Virus record (IMG/VR): IMGVR_UViG_3300030372_001799 | Coordinates: 1 to 28,179 of that record | DNA: 28,179 nt | Strand: one strand, 5' to 3' | DNA from: a virus | Taxonomy: Duplodnaviria > Caudoviricetes | Shown here: positions 1-8,342 of the stretch, piece by piece | Numbering within the stretch: position 1 is the first letter of the stretch | Layout of the letters: every line of letters starts with the position of its first letter | Made by a program: the position numbers and the translations under genes | Notes under the pieces: generated by a model | Seen by the model: the letters and a program-made list of their open reading frames with translations, nothing else | Databases searched by the model: none | What the model was told of the DNA's origin: nothing

Positions 1-473
1 GTGTCTTTGTCTCCTCCCCCTATTTTTGATGGGCCACTGTCTAGTGCTTCATCTTTTGGTTTTAATAATTCTTTAACTTTACCTGTAGTTAAATTTACTA
101 TTTCATCTTGAGAACCTTGAGGATCTTCTTGTCCAGGATAAAATTTATCGGGTTTTTTCTTAAATTCTGGTTTACCACTTCCTGTATAAAATATATCTCC
201 TTCAGATGTTGTTTTAATATTTTGTGGCTTTGGATTTTCAGCAATAAAAGTTGATTTAAGATTTATAGGAAAATCAAAATTATACATATCTTTAATTTCT
301 GCACCACTCATATTATAAGGCATTATTTCTTGTATGTCTCCAATGCTTTGAAATTTTTGTAAAGCAGTACCAGCTTGTAGTTCTTCTCTGTCAACCAAAC
401 CACTCATGATACCTTCATTACCTACTTCGGCCTTGCCTCCTATTCTAAACATTGGTCTTTTTAAAGTTCTCAT
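1..473 (-). CDS. Putative internal virion/ejection protein, N-terminal part (runs off the left edge; not in the ORF track)
   Basis: ATG at 473-471, 7 nt after the upstream stop. I translated it by hand as MRTLKRPMFRIGGKAEVGNEGIMSGLVDREELQAG..., open to position 1. It follows two other putative internal proteins. Confidence 0.7.
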   Translation of the reverse strand, partial: MRTLKRPMFRIGGKAEVGNEGIMSGLVDREELQAGTALQKFQSIGDIQEIMPYNMSGAEIKDMYNFDFPINLKSTFIAENPKPQNIKTTSEGDIFYTGSGKPEFKKKPDKFYPGQEDPQGSQDEIVNLTTGKVKELLKPKDEALDSGPSKIGGGDKD

Positions 474-480
474 AATTTTC

Positions 481-1659
481 CTATCTAAAAACGTTTCCGT
501 AAATACTTGCTAGTCCAGTTCCTATTTGTAATGCACTTGATAATGGACTTGCTTGCGGTGCGTCTGGAGCATAACTAACTGATCCTGGATATCCACCCAT
601 CAATCCTGTAACTCCTGTTCCAAATTGTTGTGTTCTTTGCATTGGTTCATATGCTGCCATTTGAGCAGCTTGTCTAGTTGCATCTGCTTCTGCCTGCGCT
701 TGTGCTTGTCTAACACTACCTAATGCACCAAGACCTGCAATTTCTTGTTGAGCTGCTTGTTGTGCAAAACCACCAAGCCCTTGTTGAAATGCACCTTGTG
801 CTAATTGTGATTGAGCTAATCCTTGTTGTGCAGCGCCAAGACCTAATTGACCTTGTGCTAATGCTGCTTGTTGTGATGCAAGTCCAGCTCTATTTTGTAA
901 ATCTGCTTGTCTTGCAGCTTGTGCTTGGCCATAACCAGCTTGTAATAATTGTGCTTGTGTTGCTGCACGATTCCTGTCACTTGCTGCTTGAAACTCAGCT
1001 AGTTGTACACCTTCACGTCCGCCACCAAATGCACCTGCTCGTAAAGCTGATTGCGCAATTGCTTGTTCTTGTATCTTTTTTTGTCTATCAAATTCTGCAA
1101 GAGTTGTATCAATAACTTGTGTTTGATACGGTGACATATAAGATGCAAGAGATCCCGCTCCTGTTCCTGCTCCTGTTCCTGTAAGTCCTGCCGCTCCAGC
1201 TAATGTGGTTCCGGCTTGACCTAATCCTGTGCCTGCTGCCGTAATAAAAGAAGGAATTCCTCCTAAAGTTGTGGCTGCTTGACCTGCAGCTGTGCCCGCA
1301 CCTGTTAAATATTGTTGATAAGCTCCAAGACCTGTTGCACCTGTTGCTTTTGTAATGGCATCTTTTTGTAATTGATCCATTCCAGCAACGGTTGGCGCAA
1401 GGCCAGCCATTTGTGCTTTTCTAATATCAAATTCTCTAGCTGTTTGTTTTGCACCTGCTTGCCTTGCAGCAAATTCTGCATCTGTTTCAGGTTTAAGTCC
1501 TCTTGCAACTCTATCTGCGTCTAGCTCACCTTTTACTAATTGAGCAGATACATCTGTTGTTGTAACAGGAGTACCAACTGTTTTTGTAAGCGTGTCAGCA
1601 TATGTTTTACCTAATGCTTCTATAAATTCTGCGGGTAATGTTCTTGTTTCTGTAACCAT
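481..1659 (-). CDS. Putative DNA ejection/pilot (internal virion) protein
   Basis: 392 aa, Gln/Ala/Gly-rich and probably helical. Contains YMSPYQTQVID...GAFGGGREGV and a hydrophobic C-terminus (SALQIGTGLASIYG), typical of podovirus DNA-transfer proteins. TAATG overlap with the upstream gene. Confidence 0.6.
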   Translation of the reverse strand: MVTETRTLPAEFIEALGKTYADTLTKTVGTPVTTTDVSAQLVKGELDADRVARGLKPETDAEFAARQAGAKQTAREFDIRKAQMAGLAPTVAGMDQLQKDAITKATGATGLGAYQQYLTGAGTAAGQAATTLGGIPSFITAAGTGLGQAGTTLAGAAGLTGTGAGTGAGSLASYMSPYQTQVIDTTLAEFDRQKKIQEQAIAQSALRAGAFGGGREGVQLAEFQAASDRNRAATQAQLLQAGYGQAQAARQADLQNRAGLASQQAALAQGQLGLGAAQQGLAQSQLAQGAFQQGLGGFAQQAAQQEIAGLGALGSVRQAQAQAEADATRQAAQMAAYEPMQRTQQFGTGVTGLMGGYPGSVSYAPDAPQASPLSSALQIGTGLASIYGNVFR

Positions 1660-2849
1660 TATACTACTTTACGTTCATTTTGTTTCATTAAATCGTACAT
1701 TCTTTGTGCACCTTTTTCTATGCTACCATTTCCTGCGCCTCTTACAGCGTCTGCAGTCATAACAAATTCATTTTTAGATAACATTGCTGGAACGTCATCT
1801 GCTTTTTCTTTTATACCAACTGGAACAAAACCACCTTTGTCTCTGTAGTCTCTTTCCATAACACCACCTTCATTTATTCTCATTTCACCCATAGGCATAT
1901 CCATTATACCACCACCCATAACTTTTCTTCTACTCATAGCTTGTAGAACACCTGCTCTGTAAGAATCTTCTTCGTCGTCTTCTTCTAAAGGCGTTGCACC
2001 TTCCATTAAACCTATTCTACCACCGTTAGCCATCATCTGCGTCGGTGCTTCTTGCATAATGCCTTCTGGTGCTCTAACACTGTCACTCATATACATATCT
2101 AAAAATGATTTAAAGTCTCCTCGGAAACCTTGTTTTTTTGCTTCTTCAAAAGCTTGGATTAACTCACTCATTAAATCCATTTCAAATTCTTCTGGTCCTG
2201 ATTCTGATGCTAGTCTCATGTCGCCTCTGTATGTTACATCTGGCGCTCCTGCTTCTAAACTTTTAATTCCTTCTTTTTCCATAGTGTCTCCCCCAAATCT
2301 ATAACCGACTCTACCACCCATTGCTTTATATTCTTGTGTATTTTTTAGAATAAAATCTTTTACTTCATCTGCAGAAGCATTTGGGTTTACATTCTTATAA
2401 TACCTATCCATTAAAGGTTCAAGCCTTTTAAGACGCTCTGCGTAAGTATCATCGTCCTCTCCTTCTTTTTTAGGAAACATATCAGATAATGTTAAAGCTG
2501 CACCACCTCCTAAAAAAGCTTTTGCTGCAGTGCTCATGCCACCAAAACCTCTTTGTAAAGCACTAAGAATACCGGGACTTTTTCCACCCATTGCTTCAGG
2601 AGACATTCCTGTCATTCCTAAAGTTTGAGCTAAACCAAAATTACCTAATAAACCTTTAGCTGCTCCACCAAGTCCAGCTCTGCCAAATAGACCACCAAAA
2701 CTTGTTCCAGGTATACCAAAACCTGCAACACCTAATATCGCAGCTTTACCTACAGGACTTTTAATAATATTTTTTACACCTTTAACAGCTTTCTTGACTA
2801 GACTACCTAGCCCATACATCTGTCGTGGTTGCATCGATCTGTTTATCAT
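1659..2849 (-). CDS. Putative internal virion protein with repeated GG motifs and a C-terminal DxVPAMLSxxEFV domain
   Basis: 396 aa. Gly-rich amphipathic N-terminus, repeats AMGGRV / ANGGRI / VMGGGI / DKGGFV, and C-terminal KADDVPAMLSKNEFVMTADAV. Confidence 0.6.
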   Translation of the reverse strand: MINRSMQPRQMYGLGSLVKKAVKGVKNIIKSPVGKAAILGVAGFGIPGTSFGGLFGRAGLGGAAKGLLGNFGLAQTLGMTGMSPEAMGGKSPGILSALQRGFGGMSTAAKAFLGGGAALTLSDMFPKKEGEDDDTYAERLKRLEPLMDRYYKNVNPNASADEVKDFILKNTQEYKAMGGRVGYRFGGDTMEKEGIKSLEAGAPDVTYRGDMRLASESGPEEFEMDLMSELIQAFEEAKKQGFRGDFKSFLDMYMSDSVRAPEGIMQEAPTQMMANGGRIGLMEGATPLEEDDEEDSYRAGVLQAMSRRKVMGGGIMDMPMGEMRINEGGVMERDYRDKGGFVPVGIKEKADDVPAMLSKNEFVMTADAVRGAGNGSIEKGAQRMYDLMKQNERKVV

Positions 2850-2901
2850 ATTTATGTTTTAGTTAATATATTATATAGGCAGGAATTGCACCTGAATTTA
2901 C

Positions 2902-2931
2902 ATTATTACTTGTTTTTTACAAGTAAATCAA
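2902..2931 (-). promoter_or_regulatory. Putative sigma70-type promoter with a palindrome in the spacer
   Basis: Minus strand reads TTGATT-N17-TAATAAT. A perfect 8-bp inverted repeat TTACTTGT-N5-ACAAGTAA (2906-2926) fills the spacer. It lies in the intergenic gap before the internal-protein genes. Confidence 0.45.
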
Positions 2932-2933
2932 GG

Positions 2934-3275
2934 CTAGGATGTTACTTCTCTAGGCTTAATTTGTAGCGCAGATAAGACTACATGTAGCCTATTTGCGGTT
3001 GCTGCAGTTACTTTTAATACTTCGCTTTCTTGTAATACAAGAGGAGCTGATAATAGTTCCGTGGTTGCATTAGCAGATATTGATTTAGTTTTAAATAAAC
3101 TAAATATAGCATCAGCTGTATCTGTAATAGTTACAGTTATAGTATCTGCATTACCAGAGTCTTCTGATACTAATATAGATTTAATTACAGCAGTTGTAGC
3201 TGATGGCACAGTATACAATGTCGTAGCTGACGTACTAGTTAAATCTACTTTTTTATTTACAAATGTATTAGCCAA
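2934..3275 (-). CDS. Small beta-rich virion/tail accessory protein (paralogue of 12496-12855)
   Basis: 113 aa, TTG start with a GGAGG RBS 8 nt upstream. The pattern TTLYTVP...IKSILV...SISANAT...PLVLQESEVLKVTAATANRL aligns by eye with 12496-12855. Confidence 0.7.
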   Translation of the reverse strand: MANTFVNKKVDLTSTSATTLYTVPSATTAVIKSILVSEDSGNADTITVTITDTADAIFSLFKTKSISANATTELLSAPLVLQESEVLKVTAATANRLHVVLSALQIKPREVTS

Positions 3276-3432
3276 AGTAAAAAGCCTCCGCCTCTGCTTC
3301 TTCTTTTAAATCTTGTTGAAAAGAAGTGTTTAATTTTTGAACAATACTATCAACATCTCTAACAAAAGATTGTTGTATTTGTTGATCGTAATCTTCTAAA
3401 GGCTGTGTTAATGATTGTACTATTCTTGCCAT
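3268..3432 (-). CDS. 54-aa helical protein (not in the ORF track)
   Basis: Hand translation: MARIVQSLTQPLEDYDQQIQQSFVRDVDSIVQKLNTSFQQDLKEEAEAEAFYFG*. TAATG coupling to the upstream gene, GGGAG RBS, and it fills the gap exactly. Confidence 0.8.
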   Translation of the reverse strand: MARIVQSLTQPLEDYDQQIQQSFVRDVDSIVQKLNTSFQQDLKEEAEAEAFYFG

Positions 3433-5588
3433 TATCTTCTCCCATCTGGTTGATAATCAATTCTAAAAGTTCCAACTTTCCAAAACTGACTAGTGCTTGT
3501 GTTATCTATTTTTAATGATATCGATCTTGCTCTAGCACGTGTATCTATTTTTTGTGTACTAGATGTTATTGTAAATGGACCCAACGACGAACTAACTTCT
3601 GAGTCATTTGGAAAATCTCTTAAATTTAATGTAACTCTAGTATCTCCTGTTTGTGCTAAAAAATCTGGTAATACTCTTCTTATCTTCATTATAAATTCAC
3701 CGTCACCCTGTAATCCTTGTTGACCTATATCAAAATCTCCAGATTCAATATTTGCAGTAATGGATGAAGTTGCACCTTCTCTTATTTGATCTAATCCTTT
3801 TTCATGTTCATAGTAATAACTAACACCGTCAAGGTTTCCTTGAACAAAAGTTGAAGAACCAGAAGTTCCATTAGAACTTGTGTCATATTCTGTTGCATGA
3901 GGTTTACCAAATATAGCAGAATCTTGCCATGCGGATCTTGCTAATGTTCCTGTAGTCCAAACTGGTCTATCCGGTGTTGAATCTAAATAATTATAACACA
4001 CCATTCTATTAACTGTGTTAGATGCAGAACTAGGATAAAACCACATTACCTCTCCGAACAAATTATTTAATCCAGCATTAACGTGTTGTTTAGGAATAGT
4101 ATTAATATCATCATAAACAAAATCCTCAACTAAACATGGTAATGATTCTAGTTTACCAGTATATCTAAAGAAACCATTTTCTGACATCCAATATGCAGAA
4201 CCATCAACTTCTACAGCTGCATTTTTACCTATCAATCCACAGTTTGTACCAACTTGTTGAAAAGAAAAAGTAAAAGGTGAACCTACAAATCGCATAATAA
4301 ACAATGCAGTATCGGTCCAAACATAAATTGCATCACGACCTCTAATAGCTCCTACAATTTTAGATCCGTCTGCAATCCTTTGAGTTCCTGCAGTATTAGT
4401 TGCACTAGGGGCATAAGCATCACTGCCATTAATATTTTCTTGATCAGAAAATCTTATAAACATTTCATCTCTTGTACCTGATGTACCAACGGTTGTTTCT
4501 GTTCCAAAAAATATTAAGTGTCTGTCCGGTGCTGATACTAAACTAAATGAAGATGCAGTTGGTGCATTTGCAAGTATGGTTGCTCTAGTTGATGTTGCAC
4601 CTGTAGGATCAGAATCCCATTCAAATGTTTCACCGCCAAATATAGTTGCAATAAGTTTATTACCAAAATTATCTAGTGACCATAAACCTGGCGCTGTTAC
4701 GATATCTCCTGATGCTGCAGCATTCCATGCAAAAAAGTTTGATGCATCGGTTACTGTTGCACCTGAAGAGTGTGTTGCAGCTGTTGTACCATTTGCACCT
4801 CTAGTTAAACCTGTTAAAGTTCCACCACTGTTTCCAGTGTACGTAATTAATTCTGTTCCAATCTGCACTGTACCTGATGATGGAAAAGATGTTGAACTTG
4901 CCATTGTTAATGATGTTACACTTGCATTAATTCCAGATGATAGTGTTGATGTAAATTGTCCTTGAGCTTGACCACCCCATGATCCAAGGCCCCAACCTGT
5001 TGTTGCAGTTTCAACTGCTGGTCCAACAGGATAATAATGTCTAACCCTAATACCACCAGATGTAGATGCACCTGATCCAGATTCATTAGATGACATAGTT
5101 ATAGTTAATGTAGTATCTGTTGGTATTGATGCTACCATAAATTTTGTATCGTCAAAATCTCCAGATCCAAAATTAGAATTAGTAATACTTGAAAAATTAT
5201 CACATAATATAATATCACCTTTATTCATATTATGTGCTGATGCAAAAGTTATAGTTACAGTCGCAGATCCATTAGTTGTGCTAAAAGCTGATGTTAAAGT
5301 TGTTGTAGTTTTAATTGGGTGAATGTCATAAAAAATACCACCCGAGTATGCATATAAAATACTGCTAGTTCCTAATGCTGCATATTTAATACCTGATGCA
5401 TTTACAAAATGATGAATAGCTGTATTACGACCAGTTAATTCAACAGATCCTAATTGTGCCCAGCCACCTATTTTTTCAGGCGTGCCGTATCTAAATCGAA
5501 CGTTGTCTCCTCCGACCCATTGATTTTCACCACCTGTATCGGTAACTTGTTTATTAAATCCAGGTGCAAATTTTACTTTTTGTAACAT
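3432..5588 (-). CDS. Tail nozzle / packaged-DNA stabilisation protein (P22 gp10 / T7 gp12-like)
   Basis: 718 aa. N-terminal W..GDNVRFRYG.PEKIGGW, beta-propeller-like motifs (IRFSDQE, AIYVWTD, GTNCGLIG..A, YWMSENGFFRYTG) and C-terminal RARAR..SLKI...QPDGRR. Sits just before the ejection proteins. Confidence 0.7.
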   Translation of the reverse strand: MLQKVKFAPGFNKQVTDTGGENQWVGGDNVRFRYGTPEKIGGWAQLGSVELTGRNTAIHHFVNASGIKYAALGTSSILYAYSGGIFYDIHPIKTTTTLTSAFSTTNGSATVTITFASAHNMNKGDIILCDNFSSITNSNFGSGDFDDTKFMVASIPTDTTLTITMSSNESGSGASTSGGIRVRHYYPVGPAVETATTGWGLGSWGGQAQGQFTSTLSSGINASVTSLTMASSTSFPSSGTVQIGTELITYTGNSGGTLTGLTRGANGTTAATHSSGATVTDASNFFAWNAAASGDIVTAPGLWSLDNFGNKLIATIFGGETFEWDSDPTGATSTRATILANAPTASSFSLVSAPDRHLIFFGTETTVGTSGTRDEMFIRFSDQENINGSDAYAPSATNTAGTQRIADGSKIVGAIRGRDAIYVWTDTALFIMRFVGSPFTFSFQQVGTNCGLIGKNAAVEVDGSAYWMSENGFFRYTGKLESLPCLVEDFVYDDINTIPKQHVNAGLNNLFGEVMWFYPSSASNTVNRMVCYNYLDSTPDRPVWTTGTLARSAWQDSAIFGKPHATEYDTSSNGTSGSSTFVQGNLDGVSYYYEHEKGLDQIREGATSSITANIESGDFDIGQQGLQGDGEFIMKIRRVLPDFLAQTGDTRVTLNLRDFPNDSEVSSSLGPFTITSSTQKIDTRARARSISLKIDNTSTSQFWKVGTFRIDYQPDGRR

Positions 5589-5597
5589 AAAAAACCT

Positions 5598-5648
5598 ATA
5601 ATATTCAGGCAGGAGATGGTGTGGTGGAATCTCCCGCCAGAATATTAT
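5598..5648 (-). promoter_or_regulatory. Long intergenic RNA hairpin (leader, processing or stability element)
   Basis: mRNA sense: AUAAUAUUC-U-GGCGGGAGAU [UCCACCACACC] AUCUCCUGCC-U-GAAUAUUAU, giving 19 bp with one U-U mismatch. The single non-Watson-Crick pair is G-U only on the minus strand. Confidence 0.7.
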
Positions 5649-5657
5649 TCTACTATA

Positions 5658-6290
5658 TTATTTAGGTAATTTAAAGCCTTTATACCATGCAGGCAAGCCT
5701 AAAAATGGACGTTTGTCAAACTCATTTTCCTTGGCTGTTTTAGAGTTAGCTTTGTTATAATGTAAAAATACTTGACTACAGTTGTCACCTTTAAATTCTT
5801 CTCGCCAATGTTCTAAATCACATCCTGAATATATTAACATATCTCCTGGCTTTAAATCTACTTTAATTCCTGCTTGACCTTTTTTACCTGTTGGATCTAA
5901 ATAAATAGGCCATGAATCACCTCCAAGATTTAATGTAGTAGATATTTCACAAGAATATCTATCCTTGTGTCTAACTAATACATCTCCTTTTTTATATATT
6001 CTTGCATAAGAATAAGTGGGAGATAATTTTAAATTAGTGTGTTTTTCCATAATAGGTTTTACTTTTTGTAATAAAGTTTCCATAACCAAGTCACTATAAT
6101 GTGAATAAGTATTAGGTACTTGTTCATCATTCCATACACCCCAGTATTCTGTAAAAGGAGATATGTATTTTTGATCAAATAAAAATCTAGCAACTTTTCT
6201 TTTGTTTAAAAAATAAGCAAAACAAAAATCTGCCATTTCTTTTGATATAACATTTTTTAATACACTGTATTTATTTTTTTTAAAACTCAT
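5658..6290 (-). CDS. 2OG-Fe(II) dioxygenase-family protein
   Basis: YSYARIYKKGDVLVRHKDR.SCEISTT (HxD) and LKPGDMLIYSG...EHWR (distal His). Start moved to the ATG at 6290 (MSFKKNKY), which gives an ATGA overlap with the upstream stop. Confidence 0.8.
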   Translation of the reverse strand: MSFKKNKYSVLKNVISKEMADFCFAYFLNKRKVARFLFDQKYISPFTEYWGVWNDEQVPNTYSHYSDLVMETLLQKVKPIMEKHTNLKLSPTYSYARIYKKGDVLVRHKDRYSCEISTTLNLGGDSWPIYLDPTGKKGQAGIKVDLKPGDMLIYSGCDLEHWREEFKGDNCSQVFLHYNKANSKTAKENEFDKRPFLGLPAWYKGFKLPK

Positions 6291-6898
6291 TCGTAATACT
6301 CTAACCATCCGTTAATCATATATTTAGCATTTTTTAAAGGAGGATTACCTCTATGAAAATGAGTCCAAGAAGCAGGAGCTAAAACCATTCTACCTGTTTT
6401 TGGTTTTACTCTTTCATGTTGGTATAAAAATTCTGTTTCTCCACCTTCTTCACAATCGTTTAAATACATAAAAACTAAAATCATTCTTCGTGAATCTTTT
6501 AAATTACTATTTTCACAATGCCACACATGATAACCTTCGCCAGGTAAAGTTCTTTGTATTTTTATATCATTATTAATATCATATCTACCAACACCGTCTA
6601 TTAATACTGGATATTCTTTTTTGTATTTTTCTAAAGTTTTTGAAAGAGCCTCTACAAAACTTTTTAAAATTATCCCATTAGCAGATATAATTATAGAGTT
6701 GTCTTTATTCCAATTGTTAATAAAATATATTTCATTGTCTCGTTTTAAAGAGGAACTATATTCATCTTCTAATCGATGAACTGTTTCTACATTTTCAAAA
6801 TGTTCAATAACTTTTTTACAATAATCTACAGAAACTACGTCGTCATATATTCCTATAAAATTTTTATTTTTTTGGAACGCCGATTCTTTTAATGACAT
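6287..6898 (-). CDS. 2OG-Fe(II) dioxygenase (prolyl-4-hydroxylase-like, HxE triad)
   Basis: GYHVWHCE, MYLND.EEGGETEF, KPKTG..V..P..WTHFHRGNPP...KY...GW. AAAGGA RBS. Confidence 0.88.
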   Translation of the reverse strand: MSLKESAFQKNKNFIGIYDDVVSVDYCKKVIEHFENVETVHRLEDEYSSSLKRDNEIYFINNWNKDNSIIISANGIILKSFVEALSKTLEKYKKEYPVLIDGVGRYDINNDIKIQRTLPGEGYHVWHCENSNLKDSRRMILVFMYLNDCEEGGETEFLYQHERVKPKTGRMVLAPASWTHFHRGNPPLKNAKYMINGWLEYYE

Positions 6899-7019
6899 TT
6901 TTTCCTTTCAGTTGCATTTTAGATTTTATAAAATTATCTATAAAATTTGGCTTGGTTTTTAATGGAGAAGACTCTAATAAAGTTTTAATAACTGCTTTTT
7001 TCATATCTTTATTTTGCAT
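6864..7019 (-). CDS. 51-aa basic hypothetical protein (not in the ORF track)
   Basis: Hand translation: MQNKDMKKAVIKTLLESSPLKTKPNFIDNFIKSKMQLKGKNVIKRIGVPKK*. It spans the otherwise empty gap and overlaps both neighbours. Confidence 0.55.
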   Translation of the reverse strand: MQNKDMKKAVIKTLLESSPLKTKPNFIDNFIKSKMQLKGKNVIKRIGVPKK

Positions 7020-7677
7020 TTAAAACACCATTCGGTATAGCTTGACAATTCCAATGTATGAATCTAAATGGTTCATATCCTATATCTACCATATATTGAT
7101 GTGGCATGTAAGATGGAAAAAACATTAATCTACCTGGTTGTACTTTATAATTTATTTGAGATGTGGCATAAGTAATTTTTGTTTTATCTTTTTCTGGTAA
7201 AAGGTTCATAACATTACCTGGTCTTGGATCTTCAAATAATGGCATAGATGTTTTTTCACTAGCTTTTAAAAAATAAAAACCAGACATGTGACCATTCCAA
7301 TGAGTGTGTAATGTGTGGTGTCCCCCACCTTGTTTTGCAAATTCTTGTACCCACATTTCTGTAATAAATACAGTGTAATTAGTTAAATCAAAACCCATTT
7401 CAATTAATAAATTGTTAGATGTTGCACCTACATAGGTTTGTAATTCTTTAAATTTAGGATCATTAATTAAAGATGTTGAATGAAAAACGTGACCCATATC
7501 TCCTTTATTACCAAATTTTTTATTACGTTTATATATATCTGGTTTTAATCTTTTTTGTGCTTCTTTTATATATTTATCAGATGCTTTATTTAACTTTTTA
7601 ACAAACTTAGGTTCATCCGCCCACCATATAGGAGATGAAAAATATTGTTCTAAATTTAATTTTTTTGGAAAATTCAT
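7009..7677 (-). CDS. Putative 2OG-Fe(II) oxygenase, TIGR02466-like
   Basis: FSSPIW, MW......GG.H..HTH.N..MSGFYFL, FEDPRP, PG.LMFFPSYMPH. ATGA overlap with the upstream gene. Confidence 0.85.
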   Translation of the reverse strand: MNFPKKLNLEQYFSSPIWWADEPKFVKKLNKASDKYIKEAQKRLKPDIYKRNKKFGNKGDMGHVFHSTSLINDPKFKELQTYVGATSNNLLIEMGFDLTNYTVFITEMWVQEFAKQGGGHHTLHTHWNGHMSGFYFLKASEKTSMPLFEDPRPGNVMNLLPEKDKTKITYATSQINYKVQPGRLMFFPSYMPHQYMVDIGYEPFRFIHWNCQAIPNGVLNAK

Positions 7678-8300
7678 TTATAAGGCCATCCTAAATTCCA
7701 TATTACTAAACTATGTCTTGTTCCTTTTTTAACTGGACATACTCTATGCCAAACAAAACCAGGAAATACTACTAAAGATCCTTTAGGTAATATTTCTGTA
7801 CACTTTCTAATGTTGGGTTTTTTATCAGGATCTTGATTTCTAAAATCAAATTCTAATTCACCACCTTTATAATCTTTTGGATCTGATAAAGTAACTGTAA
7901 CAGATAGTTTCCTTATTTTACCGTTTGATGGATCATTACCTTCTCGCATATAAGGTTGATCCCAACCATCACAATGCCAATCATAAAATTGACCTTTGGT
8001 ATATTTTGTAAATTGACAAGATTCAGAAAAATCCCATTGAAAATTCCAACCAGCGTTTGCATTTGCTTGATGAATATAGGGTTGTATTTCGTTATATATC
8101 CATCTATCATTCATCCAAACAATATCTGAATTTCTTTTCTTTTTTAAATTTTTAACTTGTTTTTGATTTAATTTTTGATTACCAAAACCACCCGTCACTG
8201 CCATTTGATCCTGTAATTGTTTTCCGTAACGAACAATATCATCACATATACGTAAAGGTATTGCTGATTTAAAAAACCAATAATAATTTGTTAATTGCAT
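7674..8300 (-). CDS. 2OG-Fe(II) dioxygenase (PKHD/prolyl-hydroxylase-like)
   Basis: QFTKY..GQFYDWHCD, RKLSVTV.LSDP.DY.GGELEF, KGSLVVFP...WHRV.PV.KGTRHSLVIW (HxD...H plus RxS 2OG-binding motif). Confidence 0.9.
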   Translation of the reverse strand: MQLTNYYWFFKSAIPLRICDDIVRYGKQLQDQMAVTGGFGNQKLNQKQVKNLKKKRNSDIVWMNDRWIYNEIQPYIHQANANAGWNFQWDFSESCQFTKYTKGQFYDWHCDGWDQPYMREGNDPSNGKIRKLSVTVTLSDPKDYKGGELEFDFRNQDPDKKPNIRKCTEILPKGSLVVFPGFVWHRVCPVKKGTRHSLVIWNLGWPYK

Positions 8301-8342
8301 ATTCTTTCTTTTACCACAATAAAAATAATATACTTATTTATA

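Noticed and set aside
6291-6308. Extended start (MVRVLR) of the 5658 oxygenase
   Set aside because: The ATG at 6290 gives the typical ATGA coupling; the extension only overlaps the upstream gene.
8335-8342. TATAAATA (T4 late promoter consensus) on the minus strand before the oxygenases
   Set aside because: Expected by chance in very AT-rich DNA, and the gene content is not T4-like. An overlapping weak sigma70 match (TGGACT-N16-TATATT) is too poor to call.
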